Source of the DNA: Octopus sinensis
Taxonomy: Eukaryota
NCBI RefSeq assembly: GCF_006345805.1
Contig: NC_042997.1
Location: 210,986,001 to 211,050,000 of the forward strand
Direction of reading: 5' to 3'
DNA: 64,000 nucleotides
Positions 47,790 through 60,649 of the stretch are shown piece after piece. Made by a program: the position numbers and the translations under genes. The notes under the pieces were generated by a model. That model had not been told where the DNA came from. It saw only the letters and a list, made by a program, of their open reading frames with translations, and made no database searches. How positions within the stretch are numbered: the stretch's first letter is position 1; each line of letters starts with the position of its first letter.

Positions 47790-50433
47790 AAATACCAATT
47801 TCTCTTTAAGTGTTGATTCTGGAAAGAATAAACTGCAATATTTTTCCATTGCATAGGCAGTTTTATTTTGTTTGTTTTCCTGTGGAAGGCTTTAAACCTC
47901 TTCCTTATAAACTATCAAACAATAATAACATACCATCTCATGATGGTACCTATTTACAGCTAGGTGGACTTGGTTATTAATACTGGAATGTGTTTGCAGT
48001 GAGTGGGGTGGTGGTGGTGAAATATGAAAATATTGACTCTAGATCTTTCTAGTAATTCTTGTGTGTTTGAGGGCTGGGTGACTGTGTGGTGTGTGTTGTG
48101 TGTCTTGCTATCTGTGTGTGTGTGTGTGTCTATGTATCTGTGTTTATGGTGTGTTCATGTATGTACAGTGCATGTTGTCTGTAAGTGTGTTTATTCTTTT
48201 ATTCTTTTACTTGTTTCAGTCATTTTTGACTGCGGCCATGCTGGAGCACCACCTTTAGTCAAACAAATCGATCCCCAGGACTTATTCTTTGTAAGCCTGA
48301 TACTTATTCTATCGGTCTCTTTTGCCGAACTGCTAAGTTACAGGGATGTAAACACACCAACATTGGTTGTCAAGCAATAGTGGGGGTGGGGGGAATCAAA
48401 CACAGATACACAACAGGGTGCGAAGACCTGTTGAGGCAAGTGAAATCAAAATCAAATTCGATGACTGGCATCCGTGCTAGCAGGGTGCAAAGAGCACCAT
48501 ACGAGTGTGATCGTTGACAGAGCCAGAGCGGCTAACTGGCTTCCCTGCCAGTGGCACATAAAAGGCACCATTTGAGTATGATCGGTGGCATGTAAAAAGC
48601 ACTCCCTACACTCTGAGTGCTTGGCATTAGGAAGGGCATCCAGCTGTAGAAATTCTGCCAGATCAAGATTGGAGCCTGGTGCAGCCATCTGGTTCGCCAG
48701 CCCTCAGTCAAACTGCCAGCATGGAAAGTGGATGTTAAACGATGATGATGATGAACAGGCTTCTTTCAGTTTCCATTTACCAAATCCACTCACAAGGCTG
48801 TGGTCAGCTCGAGGCTATAGTAGAAGACACTTGCCCAAGGTGCCACGCAGTGAGACTGAACCTGAAACCATGTGGTCAGGAAGCAAGCTTCTTACCACAC
48901 AGCCATGCCTGCGACTAAAAGTTTAGAGAAAGGAAGTCGTCTGTGATGCCAAGGTCCTCCACAAATGCTGGGTCTGGGGACAGACTAAAGCCAAGGCTAA
49001 CATTAAGGACTGCTTCAGACTATACAAATATTGTGCATTGTTCTATCATTTTCATGTCCAAATCAGTGTGAATTGAGGGGGTGTTTCACTGATATTTCTA
49101 GCATGTCAAGTACAGCAGCAATCTACCAACTTGGTCACAGCAATGCTCCCTCATGCTGTCTTTATCTCTCTGTCTCCCTCTTTCTCTTTCCCTCCGTGTC
49201 TCTCTCCCTCTGTCTCTCCTCTCTCTCTATCTCTCTCCGTCCATGTCTCTCTGTCTCCCCTTCTCTCTGTCTCTCTCTCTCTCTCCCCTCCTTCTCTCTT
49301 TCTCTGGAGATTGAAATATCAGAAACAAGGAAGGAAGTGATTAATTATTCCAACACTAGAGTGTTCTTAATTGCATAAATCTTTGCATGGGGTGGGGTGG
49401 GGTGGGTGGGCGGGCTGTCTTTTTTTTCCTTCTTTTTTCATGAAGTGGAAAACTCCACAGATAGGGTGCTTGTCCATTCCTCATAGTCACCCCCCCCCCC
49501 CCAAAGCACCAAGAAGCTGTTGCACAATCGCATAAGCCACAATAGAAACGATAAGGGATTCCTTGTTTATCCGTGGTAATGTTTTGGTTGGGTAAGTTTC
49601 ATTTCTGAATCAAAGATGTCTACAGAACAGGTGTGGTGCTACTTCAAGTTATAATGTCAGGGGCCAAATACTTTTAGTATGAATGGAGAACATTCCACTG
49701 CTGTTATAATTGGGACTGCGAAGTTACATTAAAATCAGTTACCTTTTTTTTTATATTTGTGATATAAGTAAATAATTGGGTCAGCGATATCACCTGATGT
49801 GTTAGTATAGTGACATACCTAGATGGCTGAACATCTCTAGTATGTCCTAGTATAACACCTGGATGACTTAATGTCAGTAATGTATCGGTAGGTATTATAT
49901 TACTGTATACACTACTAACGTTGAGTCATCCAGGTGTTTATACTAGGATATTCAGTACTATTGACTTAAAGAGCTGTCGTCTCTAATCTCAACTGCAATA
50001 TTCCTCGAGGCACAGGTGTGGATGTGTGGTACCTTAGGCAAGTGTCTTCTACTATAACCTTGGGCCAGCCAAAGCCTTGTGAGTGGATTTGGTAGACAGA
50101 AACTGAAAGAAGCCTGTCGTGTTTGTGTATATCATCATCATCATCATCATCATCGTTTAATGTCCGTTTTCCTTGCTAGCATGGGTTGGACAGTTCGACT
50201 GGGGTCTGGGAAACCAGGAGGCTGCACCAAGCTCTAGACTGATCTGGCAGTGTTTCTACAGCTGGATGCTCTTCCTAACGCCAACCACTCTGAGAGTGTA
50301 GTGGGTGCTTTTTATGTGCCACCAGCACAGGTGCCAGGGAAGGCTGGCAGCGGCCACAATCGGTAGAGAAAACACAACAACGTGAGGATGTGGAACAAGT
50401 ATAGTGTTATTGGATGGAAAGAAAGAAGGAGGA

Positions 50434-50466
50434 TTTAACATTTCGAGCGGAGCTCTTCATCAGAAA
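50434..50466 (-). ncRNA. Minimal type I hammerhead-like motif (Penelope-like fragment)
   Basis: Minus strand TTT-CTGATGA-A-GAGC(TCC)GCTC-GAAATGT-T-AAA. Same extra A and GAGC/GCTC stem II as 2157-2194. Confidence 0.55.
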
Positions 50467-50816
50467 CATAGAAAAAGGAAAGGTCCAAGGAAGGGAAGAC
50501 GGAGTTATTTTACTAAATTCTTTGTTTTATTTAAAATTAATTGAAAGAAACACAGAACATCTCAAAATACTTACAGAATTGAAAGGGTTAACATAAATGG
50601 CTCCTTTCATTGGTAAACAATCACGAATAGTTGAAATCCCTACTTTTAGTCATCTGCTGCAAAATATATTCTTGCAGGGTTTTTATTTGTTTTGTCTCTA
50701 AAATTAATCATAATGATCTACAAACGTTCACGTCTTTCAATGGAGACCTGATTGGTGCTGCCAAAGTTTCTTACGGTTTTGCAAAAATTCTGAAATTTCT
50801 TTAAATGCAACACCCT

Positions 50817-50880
<64 letters not shown>

Positions 50881-51074
50881 TATATGGTGCTGGTGTAGGT
50901 GTGGGGTTGAAAAGTTTGTTTTCCCAGTCATGTGGTTTCATGTTCAGTTTCACCTTGGTCAAGCCCCTTCTGCTATAGCCCAAGACCAACCAAAGTTTTG
51001 TGTGTGGATTTGGTAGATGGAAACTGAAAGAAGCCTGTGTATTAGTGTATATGTATGTGTGTTAGTTAGTTAGT

Positions 51075-51284
51075 TAATTTTTGGGCTCAAAAGCAAAAAG
51101 CAAGGCCATGTAGGGGGACATGGAGTTAAGTACAGGTTGGTGTTCATGTAAAGAGTTCAGGCCACTTGAGGTCAAGGGAGACTTTGAACAAAGCGGTCGT
51201 TGGCATCTTCACCATCTCGTCTGGTAGCTTGTTCCACGGATCCGCAACCCGGACGGAGAAAGCTCCTCTCCTTCGATTGAGAGG
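51075..51284 (-). mobile_element. CR1 LINE 3' end
   Basis: LNRRRGAFSVRVADPWNKLPDEMVKMPTTALFKVSLD..* (stop at 51144-51146). Confidence 0.75.
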
Positions 51285-51959
51285 AGTGTGTGTGTGTGTG
51301 TCTTAGTGTCTTCTGTCCTTGACGTCCTGTGATAGTTGTAAGCATGTGTCAGCGTTATACAAGTAGTGTCATTTGTTTCCAATCTTCCATGAAAACATGT
51401 CTGGCCACAGGTGGAAATCTTGACTTCCTTGGAAGCAAGCGAGGGGTGGTGACAGGACAGGGTACCTAGTTGTAGAAAATTTGGCTCCACAAATTCCATT
51501 CAACCCATCTGTGCATGGTAAAGTGGATGTGAAACCATTGATGATGCCGTATTGGTAGCAAGGCCATTTTATGAAACTGTTTGTTAACATACATAGAAAA
51601 GTGCAATTAATACATGCATTGGTTTTGTTGTTTTTTTAGCTTAAGTGTGTACTCGGTGTAAAAATAGATTCAAGTCTTGTGGCCCCCACCCCACCCCATC
51701 CCAACACGCATCCGTCTTTAGTAAACAAACAAAATTAAATATATCACTTCTATATTTTACAGTTTTGGTTCTCAAAAATGAAAATCTGTTCATGTTTGCT
51801 TTTTTTCCCCCCATTGTGACACACAATAAGCAAGTTGGTGGAGACCCACTTGTTTCCACTCCAATTGTGCCATTCACCTCATTACCAAAAACAGCCCCTT
51901 CACTTTTTTAATCAATTCCACAGCATCTTTTCATGGCCATAGCTTCACCATTTCTATCA

Positions 51960-52350
51960 TACTCTTTTACTTGTTTCAGTCATTTTGACTGTGGCCATGC
52001 TGGAGCACCGCCTTTAGTCAAGCAAATTGACCCCAGGACTTATTCTTTGTAAGCCTAGTACTTATTCTATCCATCTCTTTTGCCGAACCACTAAGTTACG
52101 GGGACGTAAACACACTAGCATCGGTTGTCAAGCGATGTTGAGGGAACAAACACAAACACACAAACATATATACACACACACACATATATATATACATATA
52201 TAATTGACAGGCTTCTTTCAGTTTCCGCCTACCAAATCCACTCACAAGGCTTTGGTCGGCCTGAAGCTATAGTAGAAGACACTTACCCAAGGTGTCACAC
52301 AGTGGTACTGAACCCGGAACCACGTGGTTGGTAAGCAAGCTACTTACTAC
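51960..52350 (-). mobile_element. SINE family A
   Basis: Near full-length copy. Confidence 0.9.
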
Positions 52351-55300
52351 CTACTTTATTTGGCAATTCTTCATCCACCGACTGCCTTGTTATGAAGTTT
52401 GCTTCCTAACCACATGGTTTGAAGTTCAGCCCTAGGCCAACCAGAGCCTTGGGAACAGATTTGGTAGATTAGAAATTGAAAGTAGCCTGTTGTGTGTGTA
52501 CAGACACACACACACACACACAAACCACTAAAGGTTATTTTTAAAAAGTGTTGGTGTGAGTAGAGAATAGAAAGGGAAAGCTCTTGACTAGAACGGAAGT
52601 TGCAGACCTGCAGTTCTTAGGCAGAATGGTGCCACCCAGGATGTTAATCACCTCTCCACCACTCCATCCTTACTAATTAGTCCTGCTTATCTTAATTATT
52701 CCTCGCTGAAATGAAAGCATAAGTATTGTCGTACAAGATAAACAAGTTGTACCATAAATAAATTTTGGGTTTTGCTTTTTCAAAAAGCCTAAACTAAACG
52801 GTAGAATGACTCAGTCCTCTGCTGATTCTTCTGGGATTGTTCCCATCTTAATTCTTGTGCAAATGAAATTACCAACATCATTTATGGATTATTTTCCACA
52901 ACAACAGATGATAGACAATTGACAGTATTTCATCATCATCATCATCATCGTTTAACGTCCGCTATCCATGCCAGTATGGGTTGGACGATTTTGACTGAGG
53001 GCTGGTGAACCAGACGGCCGCACCAGGCTCCAATCTCGATCTGGCAGAGTTTCTACAGCTGGATGCCCTTCCTAATGCCAACCACTCTGAGAGTGTAGTG
53101 GGTGCTTTTTACCTGCTACCGGCACTGGGGCCAGTCAGGCGGTACTGGTAATGACCTCACTCAAATCTTTTTACACAGGTGCCAGTAAGGTGACGTTGGT
53201 AACAATCACGCTCGAATGGTGCTCTTTTATGTACCACTGGCACGGAAGCCAGTTGGCTGCTCTGGCAACGATCACGCTCAGATGGTACTCTTGACTCCCT
53301 ACTAGCACGGGCACAAGTGCCAGTAAGGCAACGCTGGTAACGATCACACTCGAATGGTGCCCTTTTATGTGCCACTGGCACAGAAGCTGGTTTCATATAT
53401 TTTCCAAGGACATAAGCACTCAATTCAGCTGACTACAGTTAGGAATTGGTGGCTTTCATTCCCACCTGTGACTGTCCCATTGTTTTCTCAATGAACTCAG
53501 AACCACATTGTCTTATGTCTTCGTGTCTTTTTTTCAATTGGTAAGTTATTATTTAGGAGAGATTAGGCTGCTATTCTTAGCAGAGTGGTGATGCGCGGGG
53601 GGCAACTGCAGAAATGTTCTCTCGTTGGCTTGTTTGATTACCTGTTGCATCTGTTTCTTGTCACTTTCTGCGGTTATCCTAATAACTGGTGTCATTGACT
53701 GTAGAAAATTATTCTACTGTCAATTCTGACTGGCCTGGTGCAGCCTTCGGGCTTGCCAGACCCCAGTTGAACCGTCCAACCCATGCTAGCATGGAAAGCG
53801 GACGTTAAACGATGATGATGATGATGAATTCAATGGTCCGTGTCATTGACAGCAGCAAATTGTTCAGCTGTCACTAAAAACTGGTGTCATTGACTTTGGT
53901 ACATTTGTCCAGCTGTACATATTTTATATCCTTTTGTATGTTGGATATACAGATTTCATGAAGCAGGTTATAGACACAACTGTCTTCTTCGCACAACATA
54001 CTTCAAATTACTCCACTAAACATGATACTCCAATAAATACTAACTCTCAGACGACCCCAGTGACTCTTACGACTTTACTCGTCTCAACCAATGTGTTACT
54101 TTTTATAAGAGTTTGGTTAGTCCATTCTTCCAATCCCACAGTAACTCTCACCACAACAGTGTGTAATGGCTATCATTCTTACAGTTGTATGTTAACTGAT
54201 AAGAAATATCCACATCTAATCTATTTAGGTTTCTGATATAAAAAGATATTTAAAACTCTAAATATGCAACTTACTCTCACCAAATTAAATTTTCTAATTA
54301 CTTAAACAGAAATCAAAACTATTGGAAAGGTTGCAAGACGCAACAAAAGTTTTAGGAAAATAAAAATAAGAAAAAAGTGGAAATTTTACTGGTGAGTGTG
54401 TTACATTATAAGGCACAAAAAAAAATGACTCTCCCAGACACAACAGAATATGCTTCAACACATGAACTCATATAATCTTGCAAACCAAATCCAAAAACGA
54501 AATAATTTTTCAAATCTGCAGCTATTTAATGTTGCATATTAAAGCTGCTAGAGAGAGAGAGAGAGATGGAGATGGTTGAACTGATCAATGAACAGCAGTG
54601 ATCAATAAATGAAAGGGGAGAACAGGAATGTATGAAGTTTATTGGGAATCACTTTAAACTGTTGTGGCCAGGCAGGAGAGATCTGATGTCAACCTCAGTG
54701 GAGTGTATGGAGAGTGGTGCTTCTTTTTGGAGTGTCTTCACTGTCTTCTCGGGTGGCCAATACACGCTACCAGCCATCGTTAGGAAAGACAGCTCATTAG
54801 TGACATATAGTGATTGAGTGTAAAGTTAAGGCACGGTATTAGGAGTTCACTCCTTGCTATAGCTAGTTATATACTCCTTGCTGTGTTCGTGGTCGTTGCC
54901 AGTGTCACCTGACTGTCTCCCATGCCACTGGTAAGTAAAAAGAACCATTCAAGCATGGTTGATGCCAGTGCTGCCTGACTGGCATGTTAAAAGCACCCAC
55001 TATATTCTCGGAGTGGTTGGCATTAGGAAGGGCATCCAGCTGTAGAAACTTTGCCAGATCAGACTGGAGCCTGGTGCAGCCTCCTGGCTTCCCAGACCCC
55101 GGTCGAACCATCCAACCCATGCCAGCATGGAAAGTGGATGTTAAATGATGATGATGATATATATATATATAGGCAATTAGGCAGATAAACGAATCAGACA
55201 CATCAAATATGTTGAATATAATAGAATTGGTATGAAATTCAAAATATGTGTATACATGCGAAATGAGAGAGAGAGAGAGAGCAAAAGATGGAGACTTTCA

Positions 55301-55430
55301 GATGATGAATTTATGAATATAAAGATGTTTATGTAAACATGTCTACCTGACATAGAGTACAAACAACAGGTAAAATTAAGGTGTTTTAAGCCCAACAGCA
55401 GTTTCTGTTAATGCAGAGAACTTCTCTGCA

Positions 55431-55681
55431 TCATCATCATCATCATCATTGTTCGACCGTGGTCGAGACAATGGAATTTACCATGCAACGCCAGACTTCG
55501 CGGTCCATCATGGCATTACGGAGGTCCTGTTGCTGGATGCCTGTATCCCTGGAGATTACATCAGGGTAGGAGAGTGTGCGCCCTCTGGTATTGCGAGTAG
55601 ATGGCTTCCTGAGGAGAAGAGTAGAAATTACCTCGTTTTCAGCTCTACAACAATGTCCTGCAAACTGGACTCTCCTACCTC
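55431..55681 (-). mobile_element. RTE LINE 3' fragment with TSD
   Basis: Same family as 45444-45910. TSD CTCTGCA(T) at 55424-55430 and 55682-55688. Confidence 0.85.
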
Positions 55682-56124
55682 CTCTGCATTAAGATCTGAA
55701 CTCTGATGACGGAGGCTGATCTCATCCAATGTTGTGATGAGCTACATCAGCCAACATTATTACGAATCCCCAAGCAACCAGAAACGGCTGTTGCACTTAT
55801 AACACCTTTCTTCCACCCCTTTTAATTTTCTGTCGTTTGTGGAAGCTGGACCCATTGATATATCTTCATATTTAGACTGAAAATTTCATCATCTGAGAGT
55901 CTCCACTTTTCTTTTCTCTCAATTTGCATATATACACATATACACACATTTTGTATTTCGTATGTAAACTTTATATTTAGCATATTTAATGTGTCTAATT
56001 TGTTTATCTGCATAATTGCCTCTATACCCGCTCAACTTGATCCCTCTTATAGCCATTCTTTTGAATCTTTTGACCACTACTAAGGGTCTTCTAAATGAAG
56101 AATCCCTGGATCTAGTCTGCAGAC

Positions 56125-56160
<36 letters not shown>

Positions 56161-56389
56161 ATAGAAATATTAAAATTACTAAGTCTCTCTAAAGGAGATT
56201 ACGGCAGCGTTACTGGATATTAATAGTTATCGCGAAGCTAATATGGCAGTCTATAAATATAAGACTAAAGTTGTCGCTGATTAGCTCCAAGAGGCCATCG
56301 CCTCTAGCTAGCTATATGACACATGAACCTGCGTCCATTACAACCTTCGAACAGGGGAGGTCAGCCGCTTCACCTTGCTAGTCAGACAT

Positions 56390-56431
56390 CTGCAGACATG
56401 TTTCAGGGTTGTTGCCCTTTATCAATGCAGC
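56390..56431 (-). ncRNA. Decayed type I hammerhead motif
   Basis: Minus strand CTGCA-TTGATAA-A-AGGG(CAACAA)CCCT-GAAACATGT-C-TGCAG. All three stems are intact, stem III is the palindrome ACATGT and the site is GUC. The core CTGATGA has decayed by two transitions. Confidence 0.6.
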
Positions 56432-56923
56432 GTATATATATGTATTTTAAAAATTTATTGGCAGGAGAAAAGCACAATGTGCTTAAGCCATGTATAAAAA
56501 AAAAAAGAGAAAAAAACAGTCATTGATATATACAATTATATACTAATCGCCACAGTTATCCAGGTTAGATATATATATATATGCATACACACATATATCA
56601 CGTGATCACGTGACCGACCAGACCATCAGATGTTGTTACACATCACTGGTCACAATGAGTTCACATTGTTTTAGCCTTCGAATGACACCACCCCGTTGAC
56701 TAAGCGAGCAGGCCAACAGAAGAAAGAGTGGGAGAAAGAGTGGTGAAAGAGTACAGCAGGGATTGCCACCTCCTGCCGGAGCCTCGTGGAGGTTTTAGGT
56801 GTTTTCGCTCTCTAAACACTCACAATGCCCGGTCTGGGAATCGAAACCGCGATCCTACGACCACGAGTCTGCTGCCCTAACCACTGGGCCATTGCGCCTC
56901 ACATACATATATATGCAGATATA

Positions 56924-57179
56924 TTGGGTTGATGTCTGATTATTGCAGCTCTTTTTCAACAAATTTTCTATTCAGCAAAAACAATAACAGCATCTAAGAA
57001 AACCATCTTTAAATGATTATTCTGGAGCATATTCACCATCCACTTCAATTACTGCTTCCCATTTGCCTGGCAGACGTTCAGAATAATCATTTAAAGATGT
57101 TTTTGGTTAAACATTTGATATTGTTTTTGTTGAATAAAATTTATCGATAAAAAGCCGCAATAATTATGCACCAACCCAA
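56924..57179. mobile_element. Mariner-derived fold-back MITE
   Basis: TA on both sides. TIR TTGGGTTGGTGCATAATTATTGCGGC (right) with a diverged left copy; arms of about 100 bp. The centre reads RLPGKWEAVIEVDGEY on the minus strand (mariner C-terminus). Confidence 0.85.
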
Positions 57180-57364
57180 TATATTTATATACACGTATAT
57201 ACACACACACACACACACACACAGAGCAGGCTTCTTTCAGCCTATCAACCTCATGGTTTTTGGTTTCATCCCATTCTGTGGTATTTTGGCAAGTGTTTCC
57301 TACTACAGCCCCAGGTCAAGCCAAGTCCATATGAGGAGGAGATGGAAACTGAAAGACACCTTTA

Positions 57365-57404
<40 letters not shown>

Positions 57405-58323
57405 ATGTATGTATGTCTATGTATACATATGCATATGGAGTGGGGAGATGTGTGTATGTGTGTTACTGTTTCCTTCTTTTGACATGAAGAGATAGTCTGT
57501 GTCATGTGAGAGAATTGTCCTTTGTTTCCAATTTCCCTGCGGGGTGGGGAGGGAATATAATATTAGCTTCCCTAAAGATAGTTCAAGGGTTGGCAACAGG
57601 AAGAGCATCCTACTGTAGAATGTATGCCTCACTGGATTCCAACTGACCTATGCAAGCATGAGAAAGTGGATGTTGAAATGATGGCGGTTAATGAAGTGGC
57701 ATTAATTTGGCCATATTAATGAAGTAACATTAATTTCTTATTTCTGTAACGATGTTGGAAATAATGACTTCGCTTTATGTCGCAGTTAATGGTTGAAGTC
57801 TTGAAAAGAGACATCATCATCATCATCATCGTCAGTAATGCTACATATAAACCTTATGGTTGTGGCTGTACTATTGCTCCAGCATGATCACAGCCCTTTA
57901 CTGGTATCAGTAAAAGTAAAGGATGGTCTCTTTTCTTTGTAACAGCTTTTAAAGTCAATGGAATCCCTGTTATTCATCGATGAGGATTAAGTTGTTTAGT
58001 TGAGTGAGTTACCTGCTCTTGAATTAAAATGCAACTGGCTGAGTATTCCGTAGACACTCATGTCCCCTTGATGCAATTATCAAACGGTGTTAGTGTAACA
58101 TGGTGAGCAACAAAGCTGAGCTTTTGCATTACGGGTACAATGCACTTGTTGACCTCCCCAGTTTCTTTCTGTCGAATAAGCTCTGAGATGGTTGACCCCA
58201 GATGCCATGCAGGAATTGAACCTGGCACCTCATCATTGCAAAACAAACGCGATAACCTGTTAACACCTAACACTCCATTACACACACACATGACGTGTCA
58301 TCAGCACTTTGCTACCAACACGT

Positions 58324-58734
58324 CTCTTTTACTCTTTACTCTTTTACTTGTTTCAGTCATTTGACTGCGGCCATGCTGGAGCACCGCCTTTAGTCGAGCA
58401 AATCGACCCCGGGACTTATTCTTTTGTAAGCCCAGTACTTATTCTATTGGTCTCTTTTGCCGAACCGCTAAGTAACGGGGACATAAACACACCAGCATCG
58501 GTTGTCAAGCAATGCTAGGGGGACAAACAGACACACAAACACACACACGCATATATATATATACATATATACGACGGGCTTCTTTCAGTTTCCGTCTACC
58601 ATATCCACTCACAAGGCTTTGGTCGGCCCGAGGCTATAGTAAAAGACACTTACCCAAGGTGCCACGCTGTGGGACTGAACCCGGAACTATGTGGTTGGTA
58701 AACAAGCTACTTACCACACAGCCACTCCTGCGCC
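58324..58734 (-). mobile_element. SINE family A
   Basis: Full-length, young-looking copy. Confidence 0.9.
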
Positions 58735-59132
58735 TGTTATTTTATTTTTATAAAAACTATTTCTCAACAGGTGCAGGCGGTGGCTGTGTGCTATGAAGAT
58801 TGCTTTCCCAAAGACATGGTTCTGGGTTCAGTCTCACTCTGTGGCACATTAAATGATGATGATGATGATCATCATCATCGTTTAATGTCCGCTTTCCATG
58901 CTAGCATGGGTTGGATGTATGACTGAGGGCTGACGAACCAGATGGCTGCACCAGGCTTCAATCTTGATCTGGCAGAGTTTCTACAGCTGGATGCCCTTCC
59001 TAACACTGAGTTCAACTAAAATCAGTTTTGTAAATCTGAAACAGTGTTAAATGTTTTGATGGAAACTTGGTTCTGGGTTCAGTCTCACCTCAGGCAAGTG
59101 TCTTCTACTATAGCCTCAGGCTAATCAAACAC

Positions 59133-59697
59133 TGGAACCCCTATCTTGCCCAGATATCAATCGTCTGGAAGCCGTTCAGCGACGTGCAACCAAAAGAATA
59201 CCCTCCATCAGGCATTTGCCATATTCTGAACGCCTTACTTCCCTGGGCATGGACACATTGAAACTCCGACGTCTGGCAGCTGACTTGGCAGACACCCATA
59301 AAATTATTAACCATCTCACAAACAATAACTCTGAGCACCTTTTCAAACTCCACCTGTCTAACACCCATGGACATATTTACAAAGTCAGAAAACAGCACAG
59401 CGCCCATGACTTTAGGAAACATTTTTTCATGCTCAGAGTTGCTGAAGCATGGAACAAACTGCCGGCATCAGTTGTTAGTTGTTGGAGCACTGCATCCTTC
59501 AAAACTTCCCTGCTTCCTGAGATTCGCCAACACTACACCGGATTTTCTCCCCTCCATACATACTCAAGCATGTATCTGACTCATACATTGTTCGCTTTCC
59601 AGACATTTGTACATTACTGCATACACTTTATACGCACTTTTTGACAAGTTGTGGTGCACCTGAGCACTGTATACAATAATTTCATTATATTATATTA
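59133..59697 (+). mobile_element. CR1/L2-group LINE 3' end (subfamily a)
   Basis: WNPYL..RLEAVQRRATKRIPSIRHLPYSERLTSLGMDTLKLRRLAADL..WNKLP, then 3' UTR and tail. Confidence 0.9.
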
Positions 59698-60605
59698 TAA
59701 ACCTTTGGGAGTGGATTTGGTAAACGGAAACTGAAAGAAGCCTGTTGTATCATCATCATCGTTTAACGTCTGTTTTCCATCCTGGCATGTGTTGGACGGT
59801 TTGACTGAGGTCTGGAGAGCCAGAAGACGGCACCAGGCCCCGGTCTGTTCTGGCAGTGTTTCTACAGCTGGATGCCCTTCCTAATGCCAACCACTCTTGA
59901 GAGTGTAGTGGGTGTTTTTTCAGCTTTTTACGTGCCACCGGCACAGGAGCCAGTCACGCAGACCTGGCATCAATCAAATTTGGATAGTGCTTTTTACGTG
60001 CCACCAGCATGGTGGTGGTGGTGGTAGTGGTAGTGGTGGTGGTAGTGGTGGTGGTGGTGGGGGGGGCATTTACCTGACACCAGTATCTGCCGCCATTTGA
60101 CTAAAATTGTTCAGGGCAGTGCTCCAGCGGGGCTGCATTTTAATGTCTTTCCTTCCCTGCCATTCCTGTCTGTGGTCTGTTCAATCTATCTGTTGACTGC
60201 AAATGCAGCAGCAGCCATGGCAGCAGCAGCAGCAGTTGTGCAACCACTTTTGGATGCTGAAGTGATGATGTGTCTTTAATTTCCTTTGCTTGTTGTTGTT
60301 GTTTGTCTTCCTTCTGCAGTTTGTGGTTGCATGCGCTTCTGTTGGAGGAGTAAAAACATGCATACACACTTGCACACCACAGAGATGCACAGGTATGTCT
60401 GTAGGCATGTGCATACACACACATACATACACACATACAGACATACACACATACATACACACATACAGACATACACACATACATACACACATACATACAT
60501 ACACACTTACATACATACACACACACTTACATATATACACACATACATCGTAATACATACTGACACATTATCCTTTACATACCACATCATACACATACAT
60601 AGCAA

Positions 60606-60649
<44 letters not shown>

